NCBI GenBank assembly: GCA_963555985.3
Contig: OY820591.1
Span: 1,632,001-1,696,000 of the forward strand
Reading direction: 5' to 3'
DNA length: 64,000 nucleotides
DNA from: Dehalococcoidia bacterium
Lineage (GTDB): Bacteria; Chloroflexota; Dehalococcoidia; Bin125
In this document: positions 9,476 through 19,445 of the stretch, one piece after another
Layout of the letters: each line of letters begins with the position of its first letter
Position numbering within the stretch: position 1 is the first letter of the stretch
The notes under the pieces: generated by a model
Told to the model about the DNA's origin: nothing
The model's input: the letters and a program-made list of their open reading frames with translations, nothing else
Database searches by the model: none
Program-made: the position numbers and the translations under genes

Positions 9476-11560
9476 ATGAGCGAGCGAAACTATTGGACTC
9501 GGATGCGTCGCCGCCGGATGTCGCGGCGCGCCCTGCTCGGCGCGTCAGCCCGCGCCGGCGTTGGCGCCGCTGGTCTGGCGCTGGTCGGCTGCGGAGACGA
9601 TGACGACGACGGCCAGCAGGCCGCCGCGCAGGTCCAGCAGCAGGCGCAGCAACAACAGCAGGCGATGCAGCAGCAAGCGCAGCAACAGGCCGACCAGCAG
9701 GCGGCGCAGGCTCAGCAGCAGGAACAGTCCGCCGAGGACGCGGCTGAGCAGCAGGCGCAAGCCGAACAGCAGGCCGCCGTTGCGGCCGCCGGACCCGTTC
9801 GCGGCGGCATCCGCACCGCCCCCTTCGTCGGCCCCTACTCCGGCGACCCGCCCACCCTCGACCCCTACGAGAACCTCACCTACCGCGCCCAGATTCCCTC
9901 GGGCTTCCACTACTCGAAGCTGATCCAGGCCATCACCGGCGCCGACGGCGTCAACCCGATCAACCTGGCCGAGTACGAGCCCGACCTCGCTGAGGCGATG
10001 CCCGAGATCCCCGACCCGACCACGTTCGTCTTCCGCATCCGCGAGGACGCCACTTGGCACGACGTCGACCCGCTCAACGGCCGCCAGGTGACCCTGGACG
10101 ACGTGGTCAAGACCCACGACCGCTTCCAGGAGACATCGCCCAACGCGGCTGGCTGGAACAACGTGATCTCCAGCTTCGAGCCCGGCGAGGACAACTCCCT
10201 CACTTTCAAGCTGCACCGCCCGCACGCGCCGATCCTCACCCTGATCGGATCGAGCCAGCACCTCTGGGTGATCCCGCAGGAGATCGTCGACGACGGCACG
10301 GTCGCCCAGCGCCCGGTCGGCTCTGGCGCCTTCATCTTCGAGGAGTTTGAGCCAGGCGTCGCGATTCGCTGGCGGAAGAACCCGAGCTGGCACCGCAGCA
10401 ACGACTACGGCCTCGACCTGCCGCTCATGGACGGCATCATCGCCACCATGAACGGCGCCACCGACGTGCTGATCCCGGCGCTCGGCGACGGGTCGCTGGA
10501 CTTCTCCCAGCTCTCGCCTGCGATCTACCTCCAGGCGGTTGAAGCGGCCCCGCAGATCGAGGAAAACGGCTACGTCTTCACCCCCAACACCGTCCCCGGC
10601 GGCTTCTACTTCAACTTCTCGATCCCGCCCTGGAACGATGTCCGCATGCGCCAGGCGCTCTCGCTAGCGATGGACCGCGACGGCGTGCTCAGCGTGACCG
10701 ACGACACCGGCCGCGGCGGCTGGATGTCCGGCATCTCGCAGTTGCCGCCGTACTGGATGGACCCCAAGGACCTGGACAAGTTCGGCGAGAGCTTCGAGGG
10801 CGAGCCCTCTGGTTCGCTCTTCCACGTGAACATCGCCGAAGCACGCAAGCTGATGGATGCTGCCGGCTACCCGGACGGCATCCAGGCCACTCTGCACGGT
10901 ACCGCCGACTACGGCGCGACCGTGGTCAACTTCTACGAGGCCTGCGCAGCCTCGGTGGCGCTGGCCGGCTTCCAGTTCGAGTTCTTCTTCAAGGAGTACG
11001 CCGCCTACATCGCCTCGATCTTCCGCGGCAACTTCCCCGACGGCTGGGACGGCGAGTCGAGCCACCTCGCGATCGGTCCGCTCTACGGCGGCGCGACCGA
11101 CCCCGAGGACCTCTTCGCCGCCTGCTACGCCCGCACCTCCGGTCGCCACAACTGGGGTTCCGCCGGTCGTGTCGCCGAGGACTCCGTCTCAGCGATCGAC
11201 ACCGGCGGCAACGCCGAGGCATGGCATCACCCGAACGCCGTTTCCGGCGGCGGTCCCGAGACCGACGAGCGCCTGCACGACATGTTTGAGACCCAGAAGG
11301 GCCTCCTCGACCTCGAGGAGCGGATCGAGTACATCAACGACATCCAGCGCTACATGGCGACCAAGATGTACCTCGTACCCTACACCGCGGCCCCCGGCGT
11401 CTACGCCTTCAACCCCTGGATGCAGCAGTGGGACGTCAACACCGGCGGCCCGATCGACAACGCCACCCAGCGCATCTGGCCGAAGGCTACCTACGGCTGG
11501 GGCCAGGAGTCCGAGCACACCTTCATGCTCAACCAGGAGATCAAGGACGAGTACGTCTAG
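9476..11560 (+). CDS. Family-5 (peptide/nickel-type) ABC substrate-binding protein, Tat lipoprotein with Q-rich linker
   Basis: AGGAGG RBS, SRRALL Tat motif, lipobox LVGC, LDPY, EPDLAE, PVGSGAF, DVRMRQALSLAMDR. Confidence 0.9.
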   Translation: MSERNYWTRMRRRRMSRRALLGASARAGVGAAGLALVGCGDDDDDGQQAAAQVQQQAQQQQQAMQQQAQQQADQQAAQAQQQEQSAEDAAEQQAQAEQQAAVAAAGPVRGGIRTAPFVGPYSGDPPTLDPYENLTYRAQIPSGFHYSKLIQAITGADGVNPINLAEYEPDLAEAMPEIPDPTTFVFRIREDATWHDVDPLNGRQVTLDDVVKTHDRFQETSPNAAGWNNVISSFEPGEDNSLTFKLHRPHAPILTLIGSSQHLWVIPQEIVDDGTVAQRPVGSGAFIFEEFEPGVAIRWRKNPSWHRSNDYGLDLPLMDGIIATMNGATDVLIPALGDGSLDFSQLSPAIYLQAVEAAPQIEENGYVFTPNTVPGGFYFNFSIPPWNDVRMRQALSLAMDRDGVLSVTDDTGRGGWMSGISQLPPYWMDPKDLDKFGESFEGEPSGSLFHVNIAEARKLMDAAGYPDGIQATLHGTADYGATVVNFYEACAASVALAGFQFEFFFKEYAAYIASIFRGNFPDGWDGESSHLAIGPLYGGATDPEDLFAACYARTSGRHNWGSAGRVAEDSVSAIDTGGNAEAWHHPNAVSGGGPETDERLHDMFETQKGLLDLEERIEYINDIQRYMATKMYLVPYTAAPGVYAFNPWMQQWDVNTGGPIDNATQRIWPKATYGWGQESEHTFMLNQEIKDEYV

Positions 11561-11579
11561 TCTCTTGCCGATTCCCGCC

Positions 11580-11611
11580 TGGAGAGCCTGGCCTCGCGCC
11601 GGGCTCTCCAG
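11580..11611 (+). terminator. Stem-loop after SBP gene (mRNA stabiliser or attenuating terminator)
   Basis: TGGAGAGCCTGGC-ctcgc-GCCGGGCTCTCCA inverted repeat between the SBP and permease genes. Confidence 0.55.
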
Positions 11612-11698
11612 TCTGGGAGTGGCGTGATGCTCGCCGCCGCCTCACCCTTGGGCGGCGGCGCGACCGTCTAGGCCACGCACACGGAGAGGCTGCGGACG

Positions 11699-12664
11699 AT
11701 GCGGCAGTACATCTTTCGCCGAGTCTTGCTGATCATCCCGACGCTGATCGGGGTCACGATTGTCGTCTCGCTGCTGACGCAGCTCCTGCCCGGTGATTTC
11801 ATCGACGTGATGCTCGCCGACCACGTCGCCGGCGGTGAGGACAAAGAGGCCATTCGGGCCGAGTGGGAAGAGCAGCTCGGCTGGGACAAGCCCTGGATCG
11901 TGCAGTACGGCATCTGGCTCTGGGACGCGGTCCGAGGCGACCTAGGCACCTCCTTCATCGGCGGCTTCCAGCCGGTCACGGCAGAACTGGAAAGCCGGAT
12001 CCCGGTGACGCTCCAGCTTGGCGTCCTGGCCCTCCTGGTCGGTGTCGCGATCGCGCTGCCGATCGGGATCATCTCCGCCGTCCGGCAGGACTCGGTGATT
12101 GACTACGTCTTCCGTGGCGGCGCGATCCTCGCGCTCTCGGTCCCCGGATTCTGGCTCGCCGTGATCATCATCCGGATCGTCTTCCCCCAGTTGGGCCTGC
12201 CCTCGCTTCCACTGCTCTACAACGATCCGACCGAGAATCTCGCCGAGAACATGCGCCAGATGTACGTCCCGGCGATCATCCTCGGCATCGGTCTGGCCGG
12301 ACCAGTCATGCGCCTCACTCGCGGCGAGATGCTGGAAGTCCTCCGCCAGGATTATGTCCGCACCGCGCGGGCCAAGGGCCTCCAGGAAAACTCCGTAATC
12401 GTGCGCCATGCCATGCGCAACGCGCTGATCCCGGTGCTCACATTGATCGGGCTATCCGCCTCGATCCTAATCGGCGGCTCCGTGATCATGGAGAGCATCT
12501 TCTCGCTGCCCGGCATGGGCCTGCGCATGCTGGTGGCACTCAAAGATCGCGACATCCCCGTCGTGATGGGCATCATGGTCGTGATCTCGATCGTCGTGGT
12601 CGTGGCCAACCTCGTGATCGACGTCGCCTACTCGCTGGTCGATCCGCGCATTCGGTACAACTAA
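11699..12664 (+). CDS. Dpp/Opp-type ABC permease (DppB-like)
   Basis: MRQYIFRRVL, LLPGD, GDLGTS, LRQDYVRTARAKGL, HAMRNALIPV, DPRIRY. Confidence 0.92.
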   Translation: MRQYIFRRVLLIIPTLIGVTIVVSLLTQLLPGDFIDVMLADHVAGGEDKEAIRAEWEEQLGWDKPWIVQYGIWLWDAVRGDLGTSFIGGFQPVTAELESRIPVTLQLGVLALLVGVAIALPIGIISAVRQDSVIDYVFRGGAILALSVPGFWLAVIIIRIVFPQLGLPSLPLLYNDPTENLAENMRQMYVPAIILGIGLAGPVMRLTRGEMLEVLRQDYVRTARAKGLQENSVIVRHAMRNALIPVLTLIGLSASILIGGSVIMESIFSLPGMGLRMLVALKDRDIPVVMGIMVVISIVVVVANLVIDVAYSLVDPRIRYN

Positions 12665-12703
12665 CCCGGCTGGCTGTCGGCCGTCTGCGAAAGGGCGCCG
12701 TTC

Positions 12704-14071
12704 ATGGCCCAAGCGGAAACCGCGATCACCACTGAGGCCCAGGCTGGCATCGCCGACTGGCTGCGGGACCAACAGCAGCTCCTGATCGACCGCTCAGTCT
12801 CGAGTCCGCTCGGATTCCTGGTCGCGGTTGCGACCCTGCTCGTCGCTGGCTCGATCGGCTTCCTCGTCGGCGTGTTGATCATGCCCTACTGGATGTTCCG
12901 CCGGAAGAAGTACCTCGGTGCGTTCGGCGCGCTGATTCTGCTCTTCTGTGTGGTCGTCGCAGCCGTCGCGCCGCTGCTCGAGACGACGGAGCCCCCCGAA
13001 GGCGTCGCCATTGCCCCCTACGCACTGGCCGTCTTCTCCGACCGCTTCGTGGCCCCCAACGCCGACCACATCTTCGGCACCGACAACCAGGGCCGCGACA
13101 TGGTCACCCGGATCATCTACGGCACCGAGGTCACGGTGCTGGTCGGATTTGGCTCGGTGATCGCGACCGCGCTGTTATCCACCTTCATCGGGCTCACGTC
13201 CGGCTACTTCGCAGGCACGCAGATGCAGTGGGGGATGCGAGGGCCGGGGCCCATCGTCAACTTCACGCTTCCTGGACCGTTAGCGCCCGTTCCGGTCTGG
13301 TGGTTCCTCACCCTGCCGTTTGCCCTCCTGGTGCTGGCAGTTCAGGTGGTCATCAAACTCATTGACATCGGCACGCTGGGTCTGTTCAGCGAACAGATCG
13401 AGCGATTCTCCGACAACCTGCTCGGAGGCATCCCGCAACGCGGGGGGGCGCTGCCCGACATCGATCTGCTCTTCCAGCGACTCGTCGACGTGTGGAACGC
13501 GTTCCCGGCGATCTTCCTGATCCTCGCCGTGCTAGCCGTGCTCGGATCCGGCGGAAACGGCTTCTTCGGCCTCGGGTTCGGGCCGGATATCGGCCCGCAG
13601 GCGAGCATCGGCGACGAGTGGTTCTGGCAGGTGTTCGCCCGCACGACCACCGTGATTCTGGTCGTCGCGCTCGTGCTCGCCGCCGGTAACTCGCGGATCA
13701 TCCGCGGCTCGGTGCTGGCCACTCGTGCAGCCCAGTACGTCGAAGCCGCACGCACCCTGGGCGCGTCCAACGTCCGCATCATGGTTGCCCACATCGTGCC
13801 CAACATCATGGCCACGATCATCATCCTCGCCTCGCTCAACCTCGGCGCTGCCGTGCTGATTGAAGCCGCAGTCTCCTTCCTCGGCTTCGGCATCCCGCCG
13901 CCTTTCCCCACCTGGGGCCGCGACACTGGAGGCCTCGCCCTGACCTACGCGACCGAAGCCTGGTGGCTCGGATTCTTCCCCGGCTTCTGCATCATGGTCG
14001 CCGTCTTCGGCTTCAACATGATGGGCGACGCCATGAGAGACATCCTCGACCCACGCCTCCGCGGTACATAG
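12704..14071 (+). CDS. Dpp/Opp-type ABC permease (DppC-like) with insertions
   Basis: HIFGTDNQGRDMVTRIIYG, YVEAARTLGAS, HIVPN, GDAMRDILDPRLRG. Confidence 0.9.
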   Translation: MAQAETAITTEAQAGIADWLRDQQQLLIDRSVSSPLGFLVAVATLLVAGSIGFLVGVLIMPYWMFRRKKYLGAFGALILLFCVVVAAVAPLLETTEPPEGVAIAPYALAVFSDRFVAPNADHIFGTDNQGRDMVTRIIYGTEVTVLVGFGSVIATALLSTFIGLTSGYFAGTQMQWGMRGPGPIVNFTLPGPLAPVPVWWFLTLPFALLVLAVQVVIKLIDIGTLGLFSEQIERFSDNLLGGIPQRGGALPDIDLLFQRLVDVWNAFPAIFLILAVLAVLGSGGNGFFGLGFGPDIGPQASIGDEWFWQVFARTTTVILVVALVLAAGNSRIIRGSVLATRAAQYVEAARTLGASNVRIMVAHIVPNIMATIIILASLNLGAAVLIEAAVSFLGFGIPPPFPTWGRDTGGLALTYATEAWWLGFFPGFCIMVAVFGFNMMGDAMRDILDPRLRGT

Positions 14072-14100
14072 CCCCACCCCTCAGAACCCCAACCCGCACG

Positions 14101-14124
14101 TGAGGCCGCCTACGGGCGGCCTCA
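14101..14124. terminator. Bidirectional terminator-like hairpin between convergent permease and mutL
   Basis: TGAGGCCGCC-tacg-GGCGGCCTCA perfect inverted repeat. Confidence 0.7.
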
Positions 14125-14140
14125 ATCGTTGATGCAACTC

Positions 14141-15964
14141 CTACGTGCGCCCAAACTCCCGCAGCAAGTCGTCGGCAGCGATCTCAACCAGCGTCGGGCG
14201 TCCGTGCGGGCAAGAATGCGGATTCCGGCAGCGCTCCAAGTCTCGCAGCAGCGACCCCATCGCCGCCGCGTCCAACGCCGCGCCGCGTCGCACCGAGCCA
14301 TGACAGGCTGCCGAGGCGGCCACTGGATCGAACCGATCCGGCGGCCGGTCGATCGCGCTCAGATCCGCAAGAATCCCCCGCAGCAACCGCTCGCCATCGG
14401 CCACCGATGGCAGCGCCGCAGGCAACGCGCGCAACCGCACAGCGCGGTCGCCAAAGAGATCAATCTCAAATCCGAGCCGCGCCAGCGATTCGTTCGCCCC
14501 GCTCCAGGTCGCCGCTTCGTTGGCGTCCAGCGTGATCACTGGCGGATCGAGCAGCGGCTGTCGCACCGCTCCCGCATGATCATCACTCGCGGCGAGAAGC
14601 CGCTCGTAGACGACCCGTTCATGCGCGCCGTGTTGGTCGATCAGGACGAGACCGTTCGGACCTTCGGCAATGATGAAGGTGCGATGCAGCTGTCCGACCA
14701 TACGCAGCGGCGGCAAGCGCCCTGGCCACGTCGACTCAACAGGCTTGGCTGCGGTGGAAGTGTCGGGAATGGCGCTGCGCGGACTCCCTGCCAGCCCCGG
14801 CTGAATAGGCCTGAAAGGGCGCAGCTCCTCGGCGTACTCGAGATCGGGGCGCTGACCCTGCGACGAAGCGAGCCGAACCGGAGCGGCGGAACGATCTTGC
14901 GCGAGCGTTTCCCGCAGCGTCCGCTGCACCAAACCGAAAGCCCGATCCGCGTCGCGCAGCTTGACCTCGGTCTTCGCGGGATGAACATTGACATCGACGC
15001 GATCCGGCGGCGCGTGCAGTCGAACAATTGCAAGCGGAAAGCGGCCCGACGGCAGCCAATCGCGATACGCCTCCTGAACCGCATAGCTCAGACGGCGGTC
15101 GTGGACCGGACGGCCGTTCACGAACAGACGGATTCCGTCACGATTGCGCCGGGCGTCCTGAGTTGCGCCCGCGAAACCGTCAAGGCTGAGTCCGTCCTCG
15201 TCCGTCGCTGCGAAGACGACCGCACGCTGAGCGGGGCCGGGACCGAAGACACTGGCGAGCGCGTACCGCAGGTCGGTGTAGCGTTGCTCCGTTATGTCTT
15301 GACTTTGTGCTTCGGCCGCTTGATGGTTGAGCACCTCGCGTCCGTCAATCTGGAGCCGGATCGAAACAGACGGATTGGCGAGAACGGCGTCCGACGCAAC
15401 TCGAACCAGCGCCGCACGCTCAGCGCGAGGTCCGGCAAGAAACGCCTTGCGAGCCGGCTGGTTGGCGAACAGGTCAAGCAGTTCCACGCTGGAGCCGGGC
15501 GCACGAGCAGCGGCCCGCACGTCTTCTTCCCGTCCGTCGCGGAACGTGATTTGTGCAGCGGCAGGGCTGTCATTCGTCCGTGTGGTGAAGGTGAGAGTTC
15601 CAGCAGCAGCGGCGATAGCGGGCAACGCCTCGCCGCGAAAGCCGTAGCTCGTCAGACTGAAGAGTTGGCGTGCAGTTCGCAATTTGGAGGTCGCATGACG
15701 AGCGAACGCGAGCGTGAGCTGCTCTGTCGGGATTCCACAGCCGTCATCATGTACCGCGATCCGCTCACGACCCGCATCTTCAACTTCAATGCTGATTCTG
15801 GTCGCGCCCGCGTCCAGGCTGTTCTCAATCAGCTCTTTGAGCACCGCGGCCGGGCGCTCGATCACCTCGCCTGCGGCAATCTGAGCCGCCACTACGTCGG
15901 GAAGCCGCTCGATCACTGCTTGACCATCGAGCGGCCGCGCGGAGGCGCCCGCCGCGCGGCTCAC
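14141..15964 (-). CDS. mutL: DNA mismatch repair endonuclease MutL
   Basis: IAAGEVIERP, KELIENSLDAGA, HATSK, YGFRGEAL, DVNVHPAK, DQHGAHER and CPHGRP endonuclease motifs. Confidence 0.96.
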   Translation of the reverse strand: MSRAAGASARPLDGQAVIERLPDVVAAQIAAGEVIERPAAVLKELIENSLDAGATRISIEVEDAGRERIAVHDDGCGIPTEQLTLAFARHATSKLRTARQLFSLTSYGFRGEALPAIAAAAGTLTFTTRTNDSPAAAQITFRDGREEDVRAAARAPGSSVELLDLFANQPARKAFLAGPRAERAALVRVASDAVLANPSVSIRLQIDGREVLNHQAAEAQSQDITEQRYTDLRYALASVFGPGPAQRAVVFAATDEDGLSLDGFAGATQDARRNRDGIRLFVNGRPVHDRRLSYAVQEAYRDWLPSGRFPLAIVRLHAPPDRVDVNVHPAKTEVKLRDADRAFGLVQRTLRETLAQDRSAAPVRLASSQGQRPDLEYAEELRPFRPIQPGLAGSPRSAIPDTSTAAKPVESTWPGRLPPLRMVGQLHRTFIIAEGPNGLVLIDQHGAHERVVYERLLAASDDHAGAVRQPLLDPPVITLDANEAATWSGANESLARLGFEIDLFGDRAVRLRALPAALPSVADGERLLRGILADLSAIDRPPDRFDPVAASAACHGSVRRGAALDAAAMGSLLRDLERCRNPHSCPHGRPTLVEIAADDLLREFGRT

Positions 15965-18726
15965 GAGCCACCCCCCGCAGCAACGTCGGGCGCAATCGTG
16001 CGCAACTCCCGCTGCGCCTGATCGCGTAGCGCATAGAGCGCCGAAATCGCCTCCAGCGGAGTCATCCCATCGATATCAAGCTCGGCAAGATCTTGCAGCA
16101 CGGGATGAGTCGGCGGCGGCATCAGCATGAGCTGAGGCGTAGCCGCCGATCGCCGCCCAGAGAGCGACCGCCGGCTCCGCTTCCCTGCTCGTGCATTACG
16201 ATCCCCCGACTCCAACTCGCGGAGTAGCTCGGCTGCGCGGGCGACCACGCCGGCAGGAATCCCGGCCTGCGCGGCAACCTGCACACCATACGATCGGTCA
16301 GCCGCGCCGGGGCGAATGCTGTGCAGAAATTGAATTTTGCCTTGCTCGTCCTCTTCAACCTCAACGGCTGCATTGGCAATTCGCGGCATAGCGCCAGCGA
16401 GCGCCGTGAGTTCATGGAAGTGAGTCGCAAAGAGCGTGCGCGGCCCACGCCGCGGACGGCTCGATTCGCTCGCCAACTCCTCCGCCACCGCCTGCGCAAT
16501 CGCCAGACCGTCCCAGGTGCTGGTGCCGCGACCGATCTCGTCCAGCAGAATCAGAGAACGATCGGTCGCTCCGTGGAGCAAACGCGCAGTCTCAAGCATC
16601 TCGACCAGAAACGTGCTGCGTCCGGCCGCGAGATCGTCATGCGCGCCCACGCGGGCGAAGATCCGGTCAACCAATCCAATGCGGGCGGACTCCGCAGGCA
16701 CATAGGCGCCCATCTGGGCGAGGATGACGATCAGCGCCGCCTGACGCAGATAGGTGCTTTTGCCGGCCATGTTCGGCCCGGTCACGAGCAGGAGCTGGGG
16801 CGCGTGCAGGCCGTCGTCGGAGAGTTGCAGGTCGTTGGGCACGAATGCGCCCTGTGCGGCGGCGGCTTCAACCACGGGGTGCCGTCCTGCCGCGATCTCG
16901 AGCTCGCCGCTTACTTCAATCTGTGGCCGTGTCCAGGCATGGTCGGCGGCAAGGTCCGCGAGCGCGCAGGCGGCATCCAGGCGCGCGATCGCGCCCGCCG
17001 AGCGCAAAATGATCCCCGAGTCGCCGACCAGGGCGACGCGAAGCTGCTCCACACATTCCCGCTCAGCCTCGGCGAGCGCAATTTGGGCCGCCGTCAGTTC
17101 CTCTGCAATCTCGCGCAGCCGAGGCTCGCTATAGCGCTCACGGTCGCGCAGCGACTGCCGCCGTTCCCAGCCCTCCGGCGCGAGCCGCGCCTGTCCTCGC
17201 CGGAGCTCGATGTAGTGCCCGAACGTGCGGTGGTACCCGACTTTGAGATTGTTGATCCCGGATTCCCCGCGCAGTTGCGACTCCAGCTTGGCCAGACGTT
17301 CGTTCGCTGCATCGATCCGGGCAGCCGCACGATCGACGGCAGCGTCAATCCCGGCCCGGATCACACCTTGCCCGTACTCCGCCGGTGGTCGTTCGACCAG
17401 TGTCTGTGCGAGCAGTCTGGCGGACTCCGGAACCCGCCTCATGGGTTCGACAAGAGATACCAGCACGTCTTCGCCAGCCTGATCGACGGCGCGTTCGATT
17501 TGGGAAGTCAGCTCCCCGGCCGCAATCAGCCCGCGTGCAAGCGCGGCAAGGTCAGCAGGCGACGCGATACCCGTGGCGGCCCGCCCGAGCAGACGCTCCA
17601 GGTCGGGAATGTCGCGAAGTTCGGCAGCGAGCGAGCGGCGCAACGGCTGGCGGCGGAGCAAAGCCTCAATCCGATCGAGGCGGCGCTCAATCCGAGCCTG
17701 ATCCAGCAGTGGCGAGAGCAAGGCCGCGCGGAGCCAACGTCGACCGAGCACGCTCGCGCAACGATCCAGCACATCGAACAGGGTCCGCGGCATGCCGGGC
17801 GAACCAGCTCCCGGTCCCGTATCGACCAGCGCCAGCGCACGTTCGGTGGCCGCGTCCCACTGCAACCGCGCTTCGGGGATCACCAGTTGCGGCGCCTCCA
17901 GATGGCGAAACGAGCTGTATTGAGATTCGAGCTCGTCCTCGAGCTGGGGGAGTGCGTCATTGAGATACGCCAACAATGCGCCGACAGCCGAAAGCGTCGC
18001 CGGACGCTCGTCGAGGCCGAACGCGGCGGCCGGCGCTGAGTATTGGCTCTGCAACGCGGCTTCTGCACGGTCGCGGCGAAAGTCACGCGCCGGGCGTGGA
18101 TGCGGTTCGATGCCCAGGTCCGGCGGCGGCGCGGGATCGCCACTCTCATCGGAGCCAAAACCGTCGGATACAAGCAACTCGCGCACGCCGAACCGCTGAA
18201 GTTGATCGCGGAGCAGCTCCCACAGCTCAGACGGATCGGAGTCGGCCGCCGTTTGGATCAGCTCGCAGACCTGAAAGCGGCCGGTCGTGACATCGGCGCT
18301 GGCCAACCCGATGCGGAGCCGCCGCCGCTCTCGTTCGACATGGACAGCCGCGCAAGCGCTTGGCTCACCCGCTTCGAGCAAGGTCGGCTCTAGGGCGGTG
18401 CCGGGCGAGACCACCCGCACGACCCCGCGACGGACCAGCTTGCGCGAGGCTCGGGGATCTTCGAGTTGTTCGCAGATTGCGACCCGGTGCCCGCGTTCGA
18501 TCAGACGGGCGAGATGATGATCGACGTTTCTGACCGGCACGCCGGCCAAAGGGACGCGAAGGCCTGCGCCCATCGGTTTCGAGGTGAGGGTGATCCCCAG
18601 CTCACGCGAGACCAGCTCCGCGTCTTCGTCGAAGGTCTCGTAGAAATCACCCAGGCGGAAGAACAGGATCGCATCAGGATGGCGAGCCTTGAAGTGGAGG
18701 TACTGGCGGCGAACGGGTGTCGTCAT
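15961..18726 (-). CDS. mutS: DNA mismatch repair protein MutS
   Basis: FRLGDFYETF, TGPNMAGKSTYLRQ, STFLVEM, LDEIGRGTST, FATHFHEL. Confidence 0.97.
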   Translation of the reverse strand: MTTPVRRQYLHFKARHPDAILFFRLGDFYETFDEDAELVSRELGITLTSKPMGAGLRVPLAGVPVRNVDHHLARLIERGHRVAICEQLEDPRASRKLVRRGVVRVVSPGTALEPTLLEAGEPSACAAVHVERERRRLRIGLASADVTTGRFQVCELIQTAADSDPSELWELLRDQLQRFGVRELLVSDGFGSDESGDPAPPPDLGIEPHPRPARDFRRDRAEAALQSQYSAPAAAFGLDERPATLSAVGALLAYLNDALPQLEDELESQYSSFRHLEAPQLVIPEARLQWDAATERALALVDTGPGAGSPGMPRTLFDVLDRCASVLGRRWLRAALLSPLLDQARIERRLDRIEALLRRQPLRRSLAAELRDIPDLERLLGRAATGIASPADLAALARGLIAAGELTSQIERAVDQAGEDVLVSLVEPMRRVPESARLLAQTLVERPPAEYGQGVIRAGIDAAVDRAAARIDAANERLAKLESQLRGESGINNLKVGYHRTFGHYIELRRGQARLAPEGWERRQSLRDRERYSEPRLREIAEELTAAQIALAEAERECVEQLRVALVGDSGIILRSAGAIARLDAACALADLAADHAWTRPQIEVSGELEIAAGRHPVVEAAAAQGAFVPNDLQLSDDGLHAPQLLLVTGPNMAGKSTYLRQAALIVILAQMGAYVPAESARIGLVDRIFARVGAHDDLAAGRSTFLVEMLETARLLHGATDRSLILLDEIGRGTSTWDGLAIAQAVAEELASESSRPRRGPRTLFATHFHELTALAGAMPRIANAAVEVEEDEQGKIQFLHSIRPGAADRSYGVQVAAQAGIPAGVVARAAELLRELESGDRNARAGKRSRRSLSGRRSAATPQLMLMPPPTHPVLQDLAELDIDGMTPLEAISALYALRDQAQRELRTIAPDVAAGGGS

Positions 18727-18828
18727 GAGCTGATCTTACACGGAAACGTGTACGCGCCGATGCGCTGAACCGTACACCCAGATTAGCAATAGGAGATGCA
18801 GACTCGCGTTCCGGACCTGAAGACGCCG

Positions 18829-19206
18829 TCACGACGGTCGCCAGCGCGGATACTGATTCCCACAGTAGGCGCTGAGCCTGGTGCAGTCGGCATCAGGTTC
18901 TGTGAAGTGAACGCAGGGGGCGTCTGCGCGCCTACGAGCAGAGTTCGAGCACAGTCGCTCCGGTGCTTGTTCGAATGGACGAAGGTCTGTGCGGAGCGAC
19001 TCGGTTGCCGGTTTGCTCGGAGCGGGCCTAGGAATTTCCGGGTGGACGCGACGAATTCGCGGCCGAGGGCGGGGAATTGGGCGAGAGGTAGTCCGAGATA
19101 GTCCAGATTCGTCCAGATTCATCTGGATCTCAAGGGTGTTTGGAGTCGAACTGAACGTGTTGCTCCGAGTTTGTCCTGGATTGTCTAGGTGGATTCCGGT
19201 GGTCAT
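18829..19206 (-). CDS. Hypothetical low-complexity ORF (may be non-coding)
   Basis: Open frame in an atypical intergenic region; no recognisable motifs. Confidence 0.25.
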   Translation of the reverse strand: MTTGIHLDNPGQTRSNTFSSTPNTLEIQMNLDESGLSRTTSRPIPRPRPRIRRVHPEIPRPAPSKPATESLRTDLRPFEQAPERLCSNSARRRADAPCVHFTEPDADCTRLSAYCGNQYPRWRPS

Positions 19207-19445
19207 GGCGAGTTCCGTTGGTTGCAGATGAGGACCGGATGCGGTCGATCGTATATGCACGAGCGTTCTGTAGCAGATCGGGGAGTGAGTGGGGTGTTGC
19301 AGAGGGCACAATGGGGTTAGAGGCGACAGCAACTTCGTAGGCGCGGGAGGTAGCCGACTCCCTCCGCCCTCTGTCCAAGCCAGCGGCAGGCTTTCGGCCT
19401 CTCCCTCATGTGAGGGAGGGGAAAGAAGGCCGTGGCAAAACTCGA

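Noticed and set aside
8505-9476. Integrated element at ssrA
   Set aside because: No second copy of the tmRNA 3' end and no integrase seen in the window.
9600-9790. CAG-rich repeats as a possible CRISPR or tandem array
   Set aside because: In-frame low-complexity Gln/Ala linker with no repeat-spacer structure. No cas genes in the window.
14129-18039. Long plus-strand ORFs (630 aa, 572 aa) and similar ORFs opposite rarA, glpK and mutS2
   Set aside because: Antisense shadows of well-supported genes in GC-rich DNA; no motifs.
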